The notes beneath the pieces are model-generated. The model ran no database searches, had not been told where the DNA came from, and saw only the letters and a list, made by a program, of their open reading frames with translations. Position numbers and translations under genes: made by a program. A DNA stretch of 64,000 nt, taken from assembly GCA_016926735.1 (NCBI GenBank), contig JAFGOA010000187.1, positions 22,920 through 86,919 on the forward strand, given 5' to 3'. The first letter of the stretch is position 1; every line of letters begins with the position of its first letter. The DNA is from Promethearchaeota archaeon. GTDB taxonomy: Archaea > Asgardarchaeota > Lokiarchaeia > Sigyniarchaeales > SOKP01. This document shows positions 49,896 to 59,847 of the stretch, piece by piece.

Positions 49896-50858
49896 ATGAA
49901 AGATATTAAAACTAAATATAAACGTAGTATAATAAAATTAGGCAATTCTAAAGCAATAACATTTCCCCAAGAATGGACGGAAAGTGCTAAATTAAAAGAA
50001 AAGTCCGAAATAACTCTTTATCCTATTGATAGTAAAACCTTAATAATACATGCAAAAGATGAAAATGTTCAAAAAAAAGTATATAGACTGGATAGTACTA
50101 TTATACCCCTTAGATTAATACGACAAGCAATTTTATCTGCATTTAAATTAAATGTAGATGAAATCTATTTAAAATATACATCAGAGAACCAAGAAACTCT
50201 CTATCAACTCTTAATTGAATTAAGAAGAGAAATTATTGGGTTTGATTTTAAGAATTTACCAGAATCAAATGAATTTTTTATAAATTTCCTTTTAGATACT
50301 TCGAAAACTACTTTTTATGATGTTTTAGAAGATTTAGTAAAAGTTTTTAACACTATAATTAAAAATATTGTAGATGGAGAGGTAAATAAAATAAGCACTC
50401 TACTTCTAGATGAAATTGATAGAAAATACTCATTAGGAACTAGGATTTTAATTACAGGGTTATCTGAATATCATTTTTCTAGAACTCAACTTCCAATAAT
50501 TAGATTTCTTGGAAACAGGGTAATTCTTTTATATATTCGAGATTTTATAAATGAAGCATTAATGAATTTGCAATCAGTTCCTTTTGATGTTATAAAAAAA
50601 TATCAACATATTTTATTGAAAATACCAGAAACCCTAAGATTTATTTTAAAGAATTATAATAACATTAATTCGGACACAATCTCTGCATTTCAAAATGCAT
50701 TATTAGAACTTCAAAAGGAATTAGATAATACAGATTTTGATTCGGAACAAACAAAATGCAATGTTAGAAATTCAATCAAATATTATATCAATAGTTTAAA
50801 TAATTTCTTCGATATAGGAATAACTCGGATGATACAAGATGAAATAGGCATTTCTTAA
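49896..50858 (+). CDS. AbrB-type DNA-binding domain plus PhoU-like regulator
   Basis: R.IIKLGNS.AITFP.EW N-terminus, helical C-terminus with DEIDR. Confidence 0.75.
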   Translation: MKDIKTKYKRSIIKLGNSKAITFPQEWTESAKLKEKSEITLYPIDSKTLIIHAKDENVQKKVYRLDSTIIPLRLIRQAILSAFKLNVDEIYLKYTSENQETLYQLLIELRREIIGFDFKNLPESNEFFINFLLDTSKTTFYDVLEDLVKVFNTIIKNIVDGEVNKISTLLLDEIDRKYSLGTRILITGLSEYHFSRTQLPIIRFLGNRVILLYIRDFINEALMNLQSVPFDVIKKYQHILLKIPETLRFILKNYNNINSDTISAFQNALLELQKELDNTDFDSEQTKCNVRNSIKYYINSLNNFFDIGITRMIQDEIGIS

Positions 50859-50972
50859 GAACCAAATAAAAATTTTTTTTTAAAAAAATTCGAAATATCT
50901 AAATTTAAAATTTCATTTTCTATCAAAAATATGTATTATATCAAAGTTAATTAGATATAGGGAGAACTAATT

Positions 50973-51296
50973 ATGGCAAAGAAAAAAAAAATTGTTGAAG
51001 GAGAAGAAGATGTTGAAGATATTCCAAAAGGGAATGTTGATGAGGATGGGGATGAATTAATAGATCTTTTTGATGAAGATGATGATCTAGAAAATGACTA
51101 TGATGAAGATTTATCTCAAATTGAAGATGATATGCTGTATGATGAAGACGAGGATGAGGAGTTTGGTCCAGGTGTAGATGAAGAAGAAAGAATGCTAAGA
51201 GATATTAAATGTGCACCTTGTCCTGGAAGTTCAAGCAAAATAGATTGCCAAGTAAGAAAAAGTTTCGGTTGTCCACCAGATAAAGCAAAAAAATAA
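50973..51296 (+). CDS. Highly acidic small protein with C-terminal 4-Cys motif
   Basis: GGGAG SD, basic MAKKKK start, long D/E tract, CxxC-x8-C-x7-C. Confidence 0.7.
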   Translation: MAKKKKIVEGEEDVEDIPKGNVDEDGDELIDLFDEDDDLENDYDEDLSQIEDDMLYDEDEDEEFGPGVDEEERMLRDIKCAPCPGSSSKIDCQVRKSFGCPPDKAKK

Positions 51297-51770
51297 AGCT
51301 AGGAAAAAATACGAATAATTATTATTTGATTTTTCTTTGGTAAGTTTAATGTATTTTTTTCCTTTTTTTGATAATTTTTTATTAAATAGATATCCTATTT
51401 TAAGAGTTCTTTTCTTATAAGAACAGATATAGACATTAAATATAATTTTCTCTCTTCAAAAAAATTCTATAAAAAACTATAATAATCTTTAAAAATCGAA
51501 AAATGCTTCACACTCTCTCTTTTTATATACTTACTTTCCTTTCTTAGGAGTAATCCTTATTTTGTACTAATAAAGAGGTGGAAAGAAAAAAAGAGAATTA
51601 AAAAATAAAATCAATGGAATCAAATTACAAGAAAATGATAATCTCTACTGATATTATAATCTATTCTTACACTCACAACTATTATTCTAAATAATATTCA
51701 TGATCACATAACTTATTCCTTTATTATTCTTAATATAAGTTTGTGTATACTTAAAATTATATTATGTATA

Positions 51771-52003
51771 TGGAGATTTCTCTAAGCTCCTTTATGCGGG
51801 TATTCTCACATGTCAAGGATATTGAGCCTTGGTTGAAAAAGGATAGTCCCTCCTTAAAGGGGTGTTATATATATTATATCGATAAGTATTGCGGGATAAC
51901 TTCCTTTAAGACTTCGGAGATAGTACGATGATTACTATTGATGATGTATGTTTTAAACTCAGTAATGAGCGAACAGCCTGATAACCTTAAGGCTGGTCTT
52001 TTT
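51771..52003 (+). ncRNA. Candidate ~230-nt structured ncRNA with a possible box C/D guide module at 51938-51981
   Basis: GC-richer intergenic island with stacked stems (G-U pairs favour +), a GTAA tetraloop hairpin, TTGATGA...CTGA boxes, and a terminal hairpin plus T run. Confidence 0.5.
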
Positions 52004-52101
52004 AAAAGAAAAAGATTGATAATTAGAATAGAAATTGGTGATTTTTATATTAATTACCATATTTTTATAAATAATTGTAAGGTTATAGGTGTGATAATAA
52101 T

Positions 52102-53103
52102 ATTATACTCAGTAAGAATGAAAAACGTCTAATCATTATATTTATTGCATTTCTTGTAAGCTGGTATATTTGTGAAATAAACCTGTCTTTAGGGGTAAGA
52201 GATCAGGATGTTCTTTTTATTGCTTCTGCTCTTACTTTTATAACAGTATTTACTCCTTTTGAAATTTATTTTACATGCAGAGATATTTGGTATGATCGAT
52301 GGAGAAAGATTAATACCTCAGACTTCAAGATTACTAAAGTTAAAATTCCAATAAACAATAAAAGAAAACATAATAATATTGTTGCAAATGTTATAACTTC
52401 AAAAGATTCTTATCTAACAGATTTAAAAAAAGCAGTTATTTTAGTTAATCATGGTCTTGGTGATAAAAAAGAAACCCTTCAGTATATGTACCTCCCTTTA
52501 GTAATACAAGGATATATAATTCTTACTTATGATGCAAGAGGACATGGCGAATCAAAAAGAGTAGGAAAAAGAAGTCAATTTATTGAAAGAATTGAAGATT
52601 ATCAAAAGATAATTAATTGGATTATAAAACAGCCCGAGTTTAGGGAAAAGAACATTTATTCTATAGGATTTAGTATTGGAGGCTTAGTTGCACTATCTGG
52701 AAGCTTTACGGATTTAAAAGTAAAAAAAATAATTGCAATGTCAGCCATTTCAGATTATAAAAAAACGGTAAGAAGATCAAATCCAATTGTTTTATTAAGT
52801 TTTTTATTAAAAGGGATAAAAATTTTTCCAAAAGAAGAAGAGATTAATCTATTATCTCCTGGAAGAATAATTAGTAAAGCTAAAAGAGAATTATCAAATG
52901 AAAAATGGAGAAATCTTTCAAAAAGAGTGTATCTTATCCATACTAAAAATGACCAAGTGATTAAATTTCATAATTTTAAAGAGAATATCTCTATATTAGA
53001 TCTCCCAGAAGAAAATCAATTAATATTTAGAAAAGGAGGTCATACATCCAAAAAGAATGAGATTGCAATAACAGGAGCAATCTTAAGCTTTTTAAACAAT
53101 TAA
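52102..53103 (+). CDS. Membrane-anchored alpha/beta hydrolase; probable ATT/ATA start
   Basis: Frame open from 52081 and includes two TM segments and NHGLG upstream of the track ATG (52486); YDARGHGES, GFSIGG, D and GH motifs; AGGTG SD at 52087. Confidence 0.8.
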   Translation: MILSKNEKRLIIIFIAFLVSWYICEINLSLGVRDQDVLFIASALTFITVFTPFEIYFTCRDIWYDRWRKINTSDFKITKVKIPINNKRKHNNIVANVITSKDSYLTDLKKAVILVNHGLGDKKETLQYMYLPLVIQGYIILTYDARGHGESKRVGKRSQFIERIEDYQKIINWIIKQPEFREKNIYSIGFSIGGLVALSGSFTDLKVKKIIAMSAISDYKKTVRRSNPIVLLSFLLKGIKIFPKEEEINLLSPGRIISKAKRELSNEKWRNLSKRVYLIHTKNDQVIKFHNFKENISILDLPEENQLIFRKGGHTSKKNEIAITGAILSFLNN

Positions 53104-54278
53104 AATAAAGATAGCATTATTTTTATTGATTCAGTTGCTAATTTTATACTTTGATTTAAACTAAAAATTTTATTTTCAAAATATTCAGATTCTGATTTTG
53201 ATTTTTGATATTCATTAGCAATGTCGAAGAATTGTTTTTTTGATTCAATTTCAATAGTAAATATCCTTTCACGTTGAGTAGCATCACTCATTTTTACAAA
53301 ACATCCATGATCATGAAATTCATGATTAAAGGCAGGATAATATGTCTTCCATAATATATCTTGAAGATTTTCATAAACTTTATTTGATAATCTTTCACAA
53401 AAATCTTTACTTTTCTTACTATAACAATAATAAAAAGGTAATTTTTTTAAATTAGATTTTACATATTTTTGTAATTTTTCATAAACCAATTCCAATTGTT
53501 TATTGGTCAGATTGATATGTGTATGATTACTTGATTGATTACATTTTGAAAATAATGGTTTTCTGTGATAAGGAATATTATATAATTTCATTACATTTAG
53601 TATAATCCCTTCCTTTAACCAATGATCAAATTTATAGCTTATTGAATCATGAAAGAGATTTTCTAATAGATGTTTTGTAAATTTTTCTAATAACGAGGAT
53701 TCGTGAAAATCTAATATACTAATTGTAATATCTCGTTCATCCCAATATTTTTGGAGTATTTTTTTTACTATTTTTACATGTTCAGGAAGAGAATATCCTT
53801 TTCCATCTTTTTTACTTAACAAATATTCTGGTGCAAAACCCCTTCTCCAAAATCTATTAAGGTTTGCTCCATTTTTTAAATAATATCCTGATTTGTTATT
53901 TGGACGAGGATTTAAAAATCCATAAGGATTCATTATAGGAAAAAAAAGTATATCTTGATTTTTATTTATATAATTATCCAAACTTATTTTGTTATTACTA
54001 ATTTTATTTAAAAATGATAAAGTCCCAAATAATCCATTATATTCATTGTGTTGAGCAGAAATAAAGACTTTTGCATATTTTATGTTCTTAAAATCATGAT
54101 TCCCTCTAATATAAATACAGGGAATTATCCCTTCTGAAGTAGGATATTCTTTATAGGATATGTTATCAATTTTAGAAAAATCCTTAAAATTAGATAATAG
54201 TTCTTTAAACAAAAATTCTCTTTTCTTTGGATCTAATAATAGCTTTAAAGTATCACTTTTCATTTCAGTCTGAACCAA
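53100..54278 (-). CDS. M14-like zinc peptidase/desuccinylase family protein
   Basis: QHNE, MNPYG, NLNRFW, LDFHE and C-terminal IEIE motifs. Confidence 0.7.
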   Translation of the reverse strand: MVQTEMKSDTLKLLLDPKKREFLFKELLSNFKDFSKIDNISYKEYPTSEGIIPCIYIRGNHDFKNIKYAKVFISAQHNEYNGLFGTLSFLNKISNNKISLDNYINKNQDILFFPIMNPYGFLNPRPNNKSGYYLKNGANLNRFWRRGFAPEYLLSKKDGKGYSLPEHVKIVKKILQKYWDERDITISILDFHESSLLEKFTKHLLENLFHDSISYKFDHWLKEGIILNVMKLYNIPYHRKPLFSKCNQSSNHTHINLTNKQLELVYEKLQKYVKSNLKKLPFYYCYSKKSKDFCERLSNKVYENLQDILWKTYYPAFNHEFHDHGCFVKMSDATQRERIFTIEIESKKQFFDIANEYQKSKSESEYFENKIFSLNQSIKLATESIKIMLSLF

Positions 54279-55722
54279 TAATTTTATCCCAATTGGAAAA
54301 ACTCATTAATTTTTCATAATTATCAACAATGCTTTTGAAAATAATGCATGAACTACAAAAAATATCCACAAAATGGTTAATTTCTAATCCTAAAAGATTT
54401 AATAACTTTTTAGATAGCCCAATTCCCCTATCTACTTCGATTCTACCATCAAATCCGGATAAATTTACAACAAATTCTTCCTTATTAAAACCATTAATAT
54501 AATTTCCTCTTGCTATTCGAACCAAGCCACCAATTGGAATTATTTTTCCACTTATTTGAGATAAATAAATTCTTATGTCATATGTGTGTTTAGCATTTCT
54601 CCAATCTATTAAAGAAAAATTCGCCATTTCTTGTATTGTATAAGGAAAAGGATTTCTATTTTTCATAAATTTCCTAAAAAATTCTTCTTTACTATTGTTA
54701 ATAATTTCATTTATTCTTGACGGATTTCTTATTATCTCATCAGGAAAAATAGACATAACTCCTGCTCCCCCAGAACCCCCATATGGTTTTATTATAAATG
54801 GGATTTTATTATCAATCACTACTTTTTTTATTTTTTCAATTAATTCAGCTTCATTAAAAGCTTTAGAGAATAAAAAATTAGCCGTGTTGTATTGTTTTAA
54901 TCTAATTTTTTCAAGATATTGAGCCAGGTAAGTTAATGATTTATCATCAGTAACTATATATATTGGATTTATAACTATTGTTTTAATTTTCTTAAAGTTA
55001 TTTTTTATCAACATCTCAAATATAGGATTATTAATACGTCTTGCAATTCCATCTCCAATTAGGATATGAACTTTTTCTCCATTTAATTTTATCCAATTAT
55101 CTTCAAATTTTAAATTTGCTGTTAGTTGTTTATAGTCAGCAATTAAAAAAGCAATATTTTTATTAAAATTTTTATTAAAATTATCTAAATTAAAAATTCC
55201 TACATCTAATCCCTTATTAATAAGTTTATTCCGAAAAAATTCTATCATAATCACTTTTTCGTGGATTAAACCATCATTTATAGGTACTCCGATAACAATC
55301 AGTATTTTTATTTCTTTTAGATTACCATTATTAATACAATCTTCAATAGCTCTAAAATAACCATTATATATGATTTCTTGCTGTTTTTTTGATAAAATTG
55401 AAAGTCCTCGATTACTTCCTCCATTTGTTTCCAGTAGAAAATATTTTATTCCACTACCTTGGTCCTTACAAACCATAAAATCTATGCTTCCCGCATAAAA
55501 AAGGCTTGTATCTTCCAATAAATTTTCTTTATTATTTTCTAATTTATTTAAAGCTTTTTCTCTTATATCATCTGTGAAATCATCTTCCTGAGACTCTCTT
55601 AACTTTGCAAATGATACTAGATCTAATCCTAAAGAATTTCCAAGATTAATTAATTCTAAATCAGAACTTGATATAGAATTTTTCATTAATTTTACGAATT
55701 TTAAAAATTTTTCATCATTCAT
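54265..55722 (-). CDS. Circularly permuted ATP-grasp ligase
   Basis: IDF...LLETN near the N-terminus; DKSL, IIKPYGGSGGAGV, IQE and DIRIY motifs downstream. Confidence 0.72.
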   Translation of the reverse strand: MNDEKFLKFVKLMKNSISSSDLELINLGNSLGLDLVSFAKLRESQEDDFTDDIREKALNKLENNKENLLEDTSLFYAGSIDFMVCKDQGSGIKYFLLETNGGSNRGLSILSKKQQEIIYNGYFRAIEDCINNGNLKEIKILIVIGVPINDGLIHEKVIMIEFFRNKLINKGLDVGIFNLDNFNKNFNKNIAFLIADYKQLTANLKFEDNWIKLNGEKVHILIGDGIARRINNPIFEMLIKNNFKKIKTIVINPIYIVTDDKSLTYLAQYLEKIRLKQYNTANFLFSKAFNEAELIEKIKKVVIDNKIPFIIKPYGGSGGAGVMSIFPDEIIRNPSRINEIINNSKEEFFRKFMKNRNPFPYTIQEMANFSLIDWRNAKHTYDIRIYLSQISGKIIPIGGLVRIARGNYINGFNKEEFVVNLSGFDGRIEVDRGIGLSKKLLNLLGLEINHFVDIFCSSCIIFKSIVDNYEKLMSFSNWDKIIGSD

Positions 55723-55824
55723 TATTCAATAATTTATATTATTTTCTTGAAAATATATAAATTTTATAATAATTTTAATAAAAATAATCAAAAATTTCGT
55801 TATTTTACTATATAAGCTAAAATT

Positions 55825-57027
55825 TTAAAGATAAAGATACCCTTGATGATTTCCTTTTGTGCTTAATCTAAGGCTACCAATCAATATTTTCTTTACCTTA
55901 ACTTGTTCTTTATAACTCAAATCAGAGAACAATAAGATATACTCTTTTTCTAAGTTAATTGAAAAAAGTAAACCTATTTTTATTAATGTAGAACGCGCTG
56001 TAAGAAGAGCAATTATTACATAATGATATGGTAATTTTATTAATTCTTCAGGATTAATTTCTGATTCCAAAATTTTATCTGCTTCTTCGTCATAATCATG
56101 TTTAATAAACTTGATATCATTCAACGGAATAGTCATCTTTCTATATTCTTCTAAAATCTTAGAAAATTGACTTTGTCTTAAAAATCGTCTCTCTTCTTTA
56201 CTTCTATCATAGAAAAATTCATTTATCTCTTTAATTGTAAGAATTTTTCTGTTTTTTTTTGTTTTTGCATTTTTTTCTATTTCTTTTAATTCTTCAACTT
56301 CCTCATCTTGAAATAAAAGAATAAAATCTGGATCAATAGCATTAATGAAGAAAGTTTTGTATATAATCCCTGCTTCTGTCTTAATCCAACCATCAGTATC
56401 AATAAGAATGAAATCTGAATCTTTATGTTTCTTTGTATAATTTTGAATTATTTCCTTACATAAATGAGAAACAATAAACTTTAAGTTTCCTTTTGGAAAA
56501 GTAGCACCAATAAATTTTGTATATTCTGGTTTTATATCTTTCCCTGACACAATTAAATCTTTAATCTCACCCATATTAATTGTTGTAGGTAGATACATTA
56601 TTTGTTGTCCTAAATCAGAATCTAGATATCCTCCTTTAAAATTATTCTTTAATAGATTATTAGCCAAATATTTAATTAATGCAGTTTTTCCACTACTGAT
56701 TCCTAATGTCATAATTTTTACAGGATTTTCATCACTTTTATTTGAGATAAAAGTGATAATTTCATCTTTAATTACTTCCCATTCCTTTGAAATAGAATTA
56801 TTTTTTATATGTTCTAAATTATCTTCTGGTTTATTTGCCGTAATCTCTAATTTAGAATCATCCAAAGCATTGAATGGATATCTTGTAGCACTGGGAATAA
56901 TAAGATTTGTCTCTTTATTCTTATTTGATAAATCTCTTCCAAAAATTTCGACTATTCCTTCTAATATTTCAACTCTAGTTGGTCCCTTTATCAAAAGAGT
57001 ATGTCCCTTTTTTAATTCTTTTATCAT
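55825..57027 (-). CDS. Clp1/Grc3(NOL9)-family polynucleotide 5'-kinase
   Basis: IKGP N-domain, SSGKT, DSDLGQ, DTDGW and RS.EERR.LR motifs. Confidence 0.88.
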   Translation of the reverse strand: MIKELKKGHTLLIKGPTRVEILEGIVEIFGRDLSNKNKETNLIIPSATRYPFNALDDSKLEITANKPEDNLEHIKNNSISKEWEVIKDEIITFISNKSDENPVKIMTLGISSGKTALIKYLANNLLKNNFKGGYLDSDLGQQIMYLPTTINMGEIKDLIVSGKDIKPEYTKFIGATFPKGNLKFIVSHLCKEIIQNYTKKHKDSDFILIDTDGWIKTEAGIIYKTFFINAIDPDFILLFQDEEVEELKEIEKNAKTKKNRKILTIKEINEFFYDRSKEERRFLRQSQFSKILEEYRKMTIPLNDIKFIKHDYDEEADKILESEINPEELIKLPYHYVIIALLTARSTLIKIGLLFSINLEKEYILLFSDLSYKEQVKVKKILIGSLRLSTKGNHQGYLYL

Positions 57028-57100
57028 AAATTATCCTCTTAATTTAGAAATATGATATTTGTTTAAAATAGATAGTTTAATTCTCATTTTATTAATATAA

Positions 57101-57544
57101 TCAAATATGTAATTCATAAATACGGTATATCTCTTCAAAACCTAATTTAGTAAATAATTTTTGTGCGGGTTTAAATTTAAATGGTCTAGAAGCAATTCTT
57201 ATAGATTGAATATGATTTTTTTTAAAGTAATCTATAATAGAATGAATTATTTTTTCACCAATACCAGTTCTCCTTCTATCTTCTTGTACTATTAAATTTG
57301 AGATATATCCAAACCTAATTCCATTATCTGAAACTTTAACAGCACAAAAAGCCATACCAAGAACATGATTAGTCTCTGTTTCAAATGCAACTAAAACTTG
57401 ACTGTTATTGTCTTCCCTCATTTGTTTTTCTATACTTGATCTCCATCTTTCTTCATTGAATTCTTGCTCCTTAATCTCGCATAAGATTTTCATCAATTCC
57501 GTTATCTCGTCAATATCCTGTTCAGAAAATTCCCGTATAATCAT
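57101..57544 (-). CDS. GNAT family N-acetyltransferase
   Basis: LIVQEDRRRTGIG and A.KLF.KLGF motifs. Confidence 0.88.
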   Translation of the reverse strand: MIIREFSEQDIDEITELMKILCEIKEQEFNEERWRSSIEKQMREDNNSQVLVAFETETNHVLGMAFCAVKVSDNGIRFGYISNLIVQEDRRRTGIGEKIIHSIIDYFKKNHIQSIRIASRPFKFKPAQKLFTKLGFEEIYRIYELHI

Positions 57545-57648
57545 GTGAAGATAATTTTATGTTAAAATCATTTGAAACTATATTTAAACTAATTAAAGAA
57601 TTAATAAATATTTATTTGAATCGGATAATTTTTATTTTTTTATAAAAT

Positions 57649-58242
57649 TTACACAATTATATTGGGTATTGGAATTCCGTGTTCCTTATTTTTAACTAAG
57701 GATATTGCTTTCATTGGACAATTTTCAACACATAAACCACATCCATAACATTTTTTTTCGTTAAACGTAAGTATACCGTCTCTTATTTTTCTAGCTTCAA
57801 AAAAGCAAATCTCTTCACATTTTGCACATAAATCACACAAATTAGTATCAGTTGCAGCTAAACAGCTTATTCTTAAATTGTTGTTGTACTCTCCTTGGTT
57901 TATTATTTGTAGATTTGGAATACAACAGCATGAACAACAGTTGCAAATTTCCGTAATCTGATATGTTTTTTTTATAAAAAAAACACGACATAAATTTTTT
58001 CTCTTCTTTGCTTTCTGTATTATTGATAAAGCTATTGTTTTGTCTATAGGAATGGCTTGTTTAAGATGTTTCTTTAATGCATGTTCAAATAAAATACAAA
58101 CCTCCCATGTATCTTCCGGACACTTTTGATTTTTAGAACGACAAGGACATATTCTAAGAGATATATTATTTGCCTTGTTTATAAATTCAATCGCTTTTTC
58201 TCTTGGAATAATTAATGAATTAGTTTTATCATGATCACACAT
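57649..58242 (-). CDS. 4Fe-4S dicluster protein
   Basis: CPCR, ICNCCSCCC and two CxxCxxCxxxC motifs. Confidence 0.88.
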   Translation of the reverse strand: MCDHDKTNSLIIPREKAIEFINKANNISLRICPCRSKNQKCPEDTWEVCILFEHALKKHLKQAIPIDKTIALSIIQKAKKRKNLCRVFFIKKTYQITEICNCCSCCCIPNLQIINQGEYNNNLRISCLAATDTNLCDLCAKCEEICFFEARKIRDGILTFNEKKCYGCGLCVENCPMKAISLVKNKEHGIPIPNIIV

Positions 58243-58278
58243 TCTAGCTCTTAAAAATTAATAAATATTAATAAATTT

Positions 58279-58818
58279 TTATTTCTCTTTAGTTTCCAAT
58301 TCTAAATAGCATGGAATACATATTTTTTTTTCATTATAGATTTTAATACGAGTACTCATAGTTGGATCTTGACAATTTTCACAAATAATCCTATCATAGA
58401 TTTGAGCTTCTTGAGGTGGATTAAATTCTGTTTCTCTTATATTAAAAATATCATTTGGATCGGAATTGATAATAAAATCTATTCTTTCCTCTCTTGAAAA
58501 TGCTTGTTGATTTTTACTATCATTTTTTAATCTTAGATTTATAGCCTTTTCAGATGTCCTATTGTAGAATGTATAATTATTTTTCCCATAATCCTTGAAT
58601 ATTAAATTTCCTTTACCAAATGTTGTGCCTAATAATCTTTGGATTGCATCAACACTACAATTATCATTCTCTACGATCGCAACTAATTCCTCATCAATAG
58701 AAAATGAATTTCCTTGTTCTAATATATATTTTGAAACTAACACTCCTATTGCTAAACCTGGACAACTATGTCCATGAAATTCAATAGCTTTTTCCATTAA
58801 ATCATTTATATTTCTCAT
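58279..58818 (-). CDS. fmdE: FmdE family protein with C-terminal zinc finger
   Basis: FHGHSCPG, E.D.C.VDAIQ, T.GKGNL and C..C...C..C motifs. Confidence 0.9.
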   Translation of the reverse strand: MRNINDLMEKAIEFHGHSCPGLAIGVLVSKYILEQGNSFSIDEELVAIVENDNCSVDAIQRLLGTTFGKGNLIFKDYGKNNYTFYNRTSEKAINLRLKNDSKNQQAFSREERIDFIINSDPNDIFNIRETEFNPPQEAQIYDRIICENCQDPTMSTRIKIYNEKKICIPCYLELETKEK

Positions 58819-58916
58819 CTTTGTGAATATTTTATTTTAAATAATTTATAGTTTTGTCATTGAATTTATAGAATTTATATCTAATGCTTAATATCAATTA
58901 ATGGTAATAGAATATA

Positions 58917-59411
58917 ATGGTGATTCAATTTAAATTTTTAATTGACGCAATGTTAGGAAGACTTGCAAGGTTTTTAAGAATATTTGGTTATGATACTGTC
59001 TATGCAAACGATTTAGAGAAAGAATTTGATATATATTCAATTTCAGATGACAAATTAATAGAGTATGCTAAAAAAACTAATAGAATATTAATAACTAAAG
59101 ATTTGCCTTTATATAAGAGATTTAATGAACAAAGTTTTTTTTTGGAAGGAAAGGATGTGTATGGTTATTTAAGACAATTAAAATCAAAATTTAATATAAC
59201 CTTTAAAATTGATATTGGAAAAGCTCATTGTTCAAGATGCAATGCTAGACTTAAAAAGATTTTAGATAAAAATCTCATCAAAGATCAATTGAAAGATGAT
59301 ACTTTTAAATATTATAATAATTTTTATCAATGTCTAAACTCTAATTGTAAAAAGATATTTTGGAATGGTTCTCATATAAAAAATATTGAAAAAAAATTGA
59401 ATGAAATATAG
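58917..59411 (+). CDS. Mut7-C RNase (PIN-like) domain protein
   Basis: DAMLGRLARFLR..GYD, ITKD, C.RCN and C..C.KIFW.GSH motifs. Confidence 0.92.
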   Translation: MVIQFKFLIDAMLGRLARFLRIFGYDTVYANDLEKEFDIYSISDDKLIEYAKKTNRILITKDLPLYKRFNEQSFFLEGKDVYGYLRQLKSKFNITFKIDIGKAHCSRCNARLKKILDKNLIKDQLKDDTFKYYNNFYQCLNSNCKKIFWNGSHIKNIEKKLNEI

Positions 59412-59512
59412 TATAATAATTTAATAATTTCGAACTTCTTTTAATCAAATTAAAGAGAGCCAATAAGGAGAAATTGTTGTTAAATTATATTTGTTTTTTT
59501 TAAATAGTAGAT

Positions 59513-59740
59513 TTATTCTTTTTTAAAATGGGTTTGTTTAATTTCCTCAAATGATTTCTTTGTTTTTTCCATATCATCATTACAATTACCTTTCTTATAC
59601 ATTGTATAAGCTTGGTTAAGTAATTCAAGACATTTTTTATATTCTTTATTTTTAAAATGATTTTCTGATAACTCTACTAAATAATCTCCTTTCTTTTTAT
59701 AAAATTCATTCCATTGTCCAGAAGTATCCACATTACTCAT
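59513..59740 (-). CDS. Small TPR-like helical protein
   Basis: 75 aa; helical hairpin pattern 'G......F...EY.KC...L..A...Y'. Confidence 0.5.
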   Translation of the reverse strand: MSNVDTSGQWNEFYKKKGDYLVELSENHFKNKEYKKCLELLNQAYTMYKKGNCNDDMEKTKKSFEEIKQTHFKKE

Positions 59741-59847
59741 ATGATTCCAACAAATTATTAGATTTTATTTTATATAATATAACAAAAAGATTACCATATA
59801 AACATTTTTAATATTTCATACTAATATTTGCAGCTTATTAATATAGG

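Noticed and set aside
51836-51853. AAGGATAGTCCCTCC resembling RNase P CR-I
   Set aside because: No complementary P4 3' strand or CR-V downstream in this locus
51938-52132. 64-aa track ORF
   Set aside because: Overlaps the structured RNA candidate and the extended hydrolase start; no protein-like features
55825-57027. Clp1-like kinase as part of the intron system
   Set aside because: Archaeal splicing normally uses RtcB, which needs a 5'-OH, and the gene is 24 kb from iorB; no positional support
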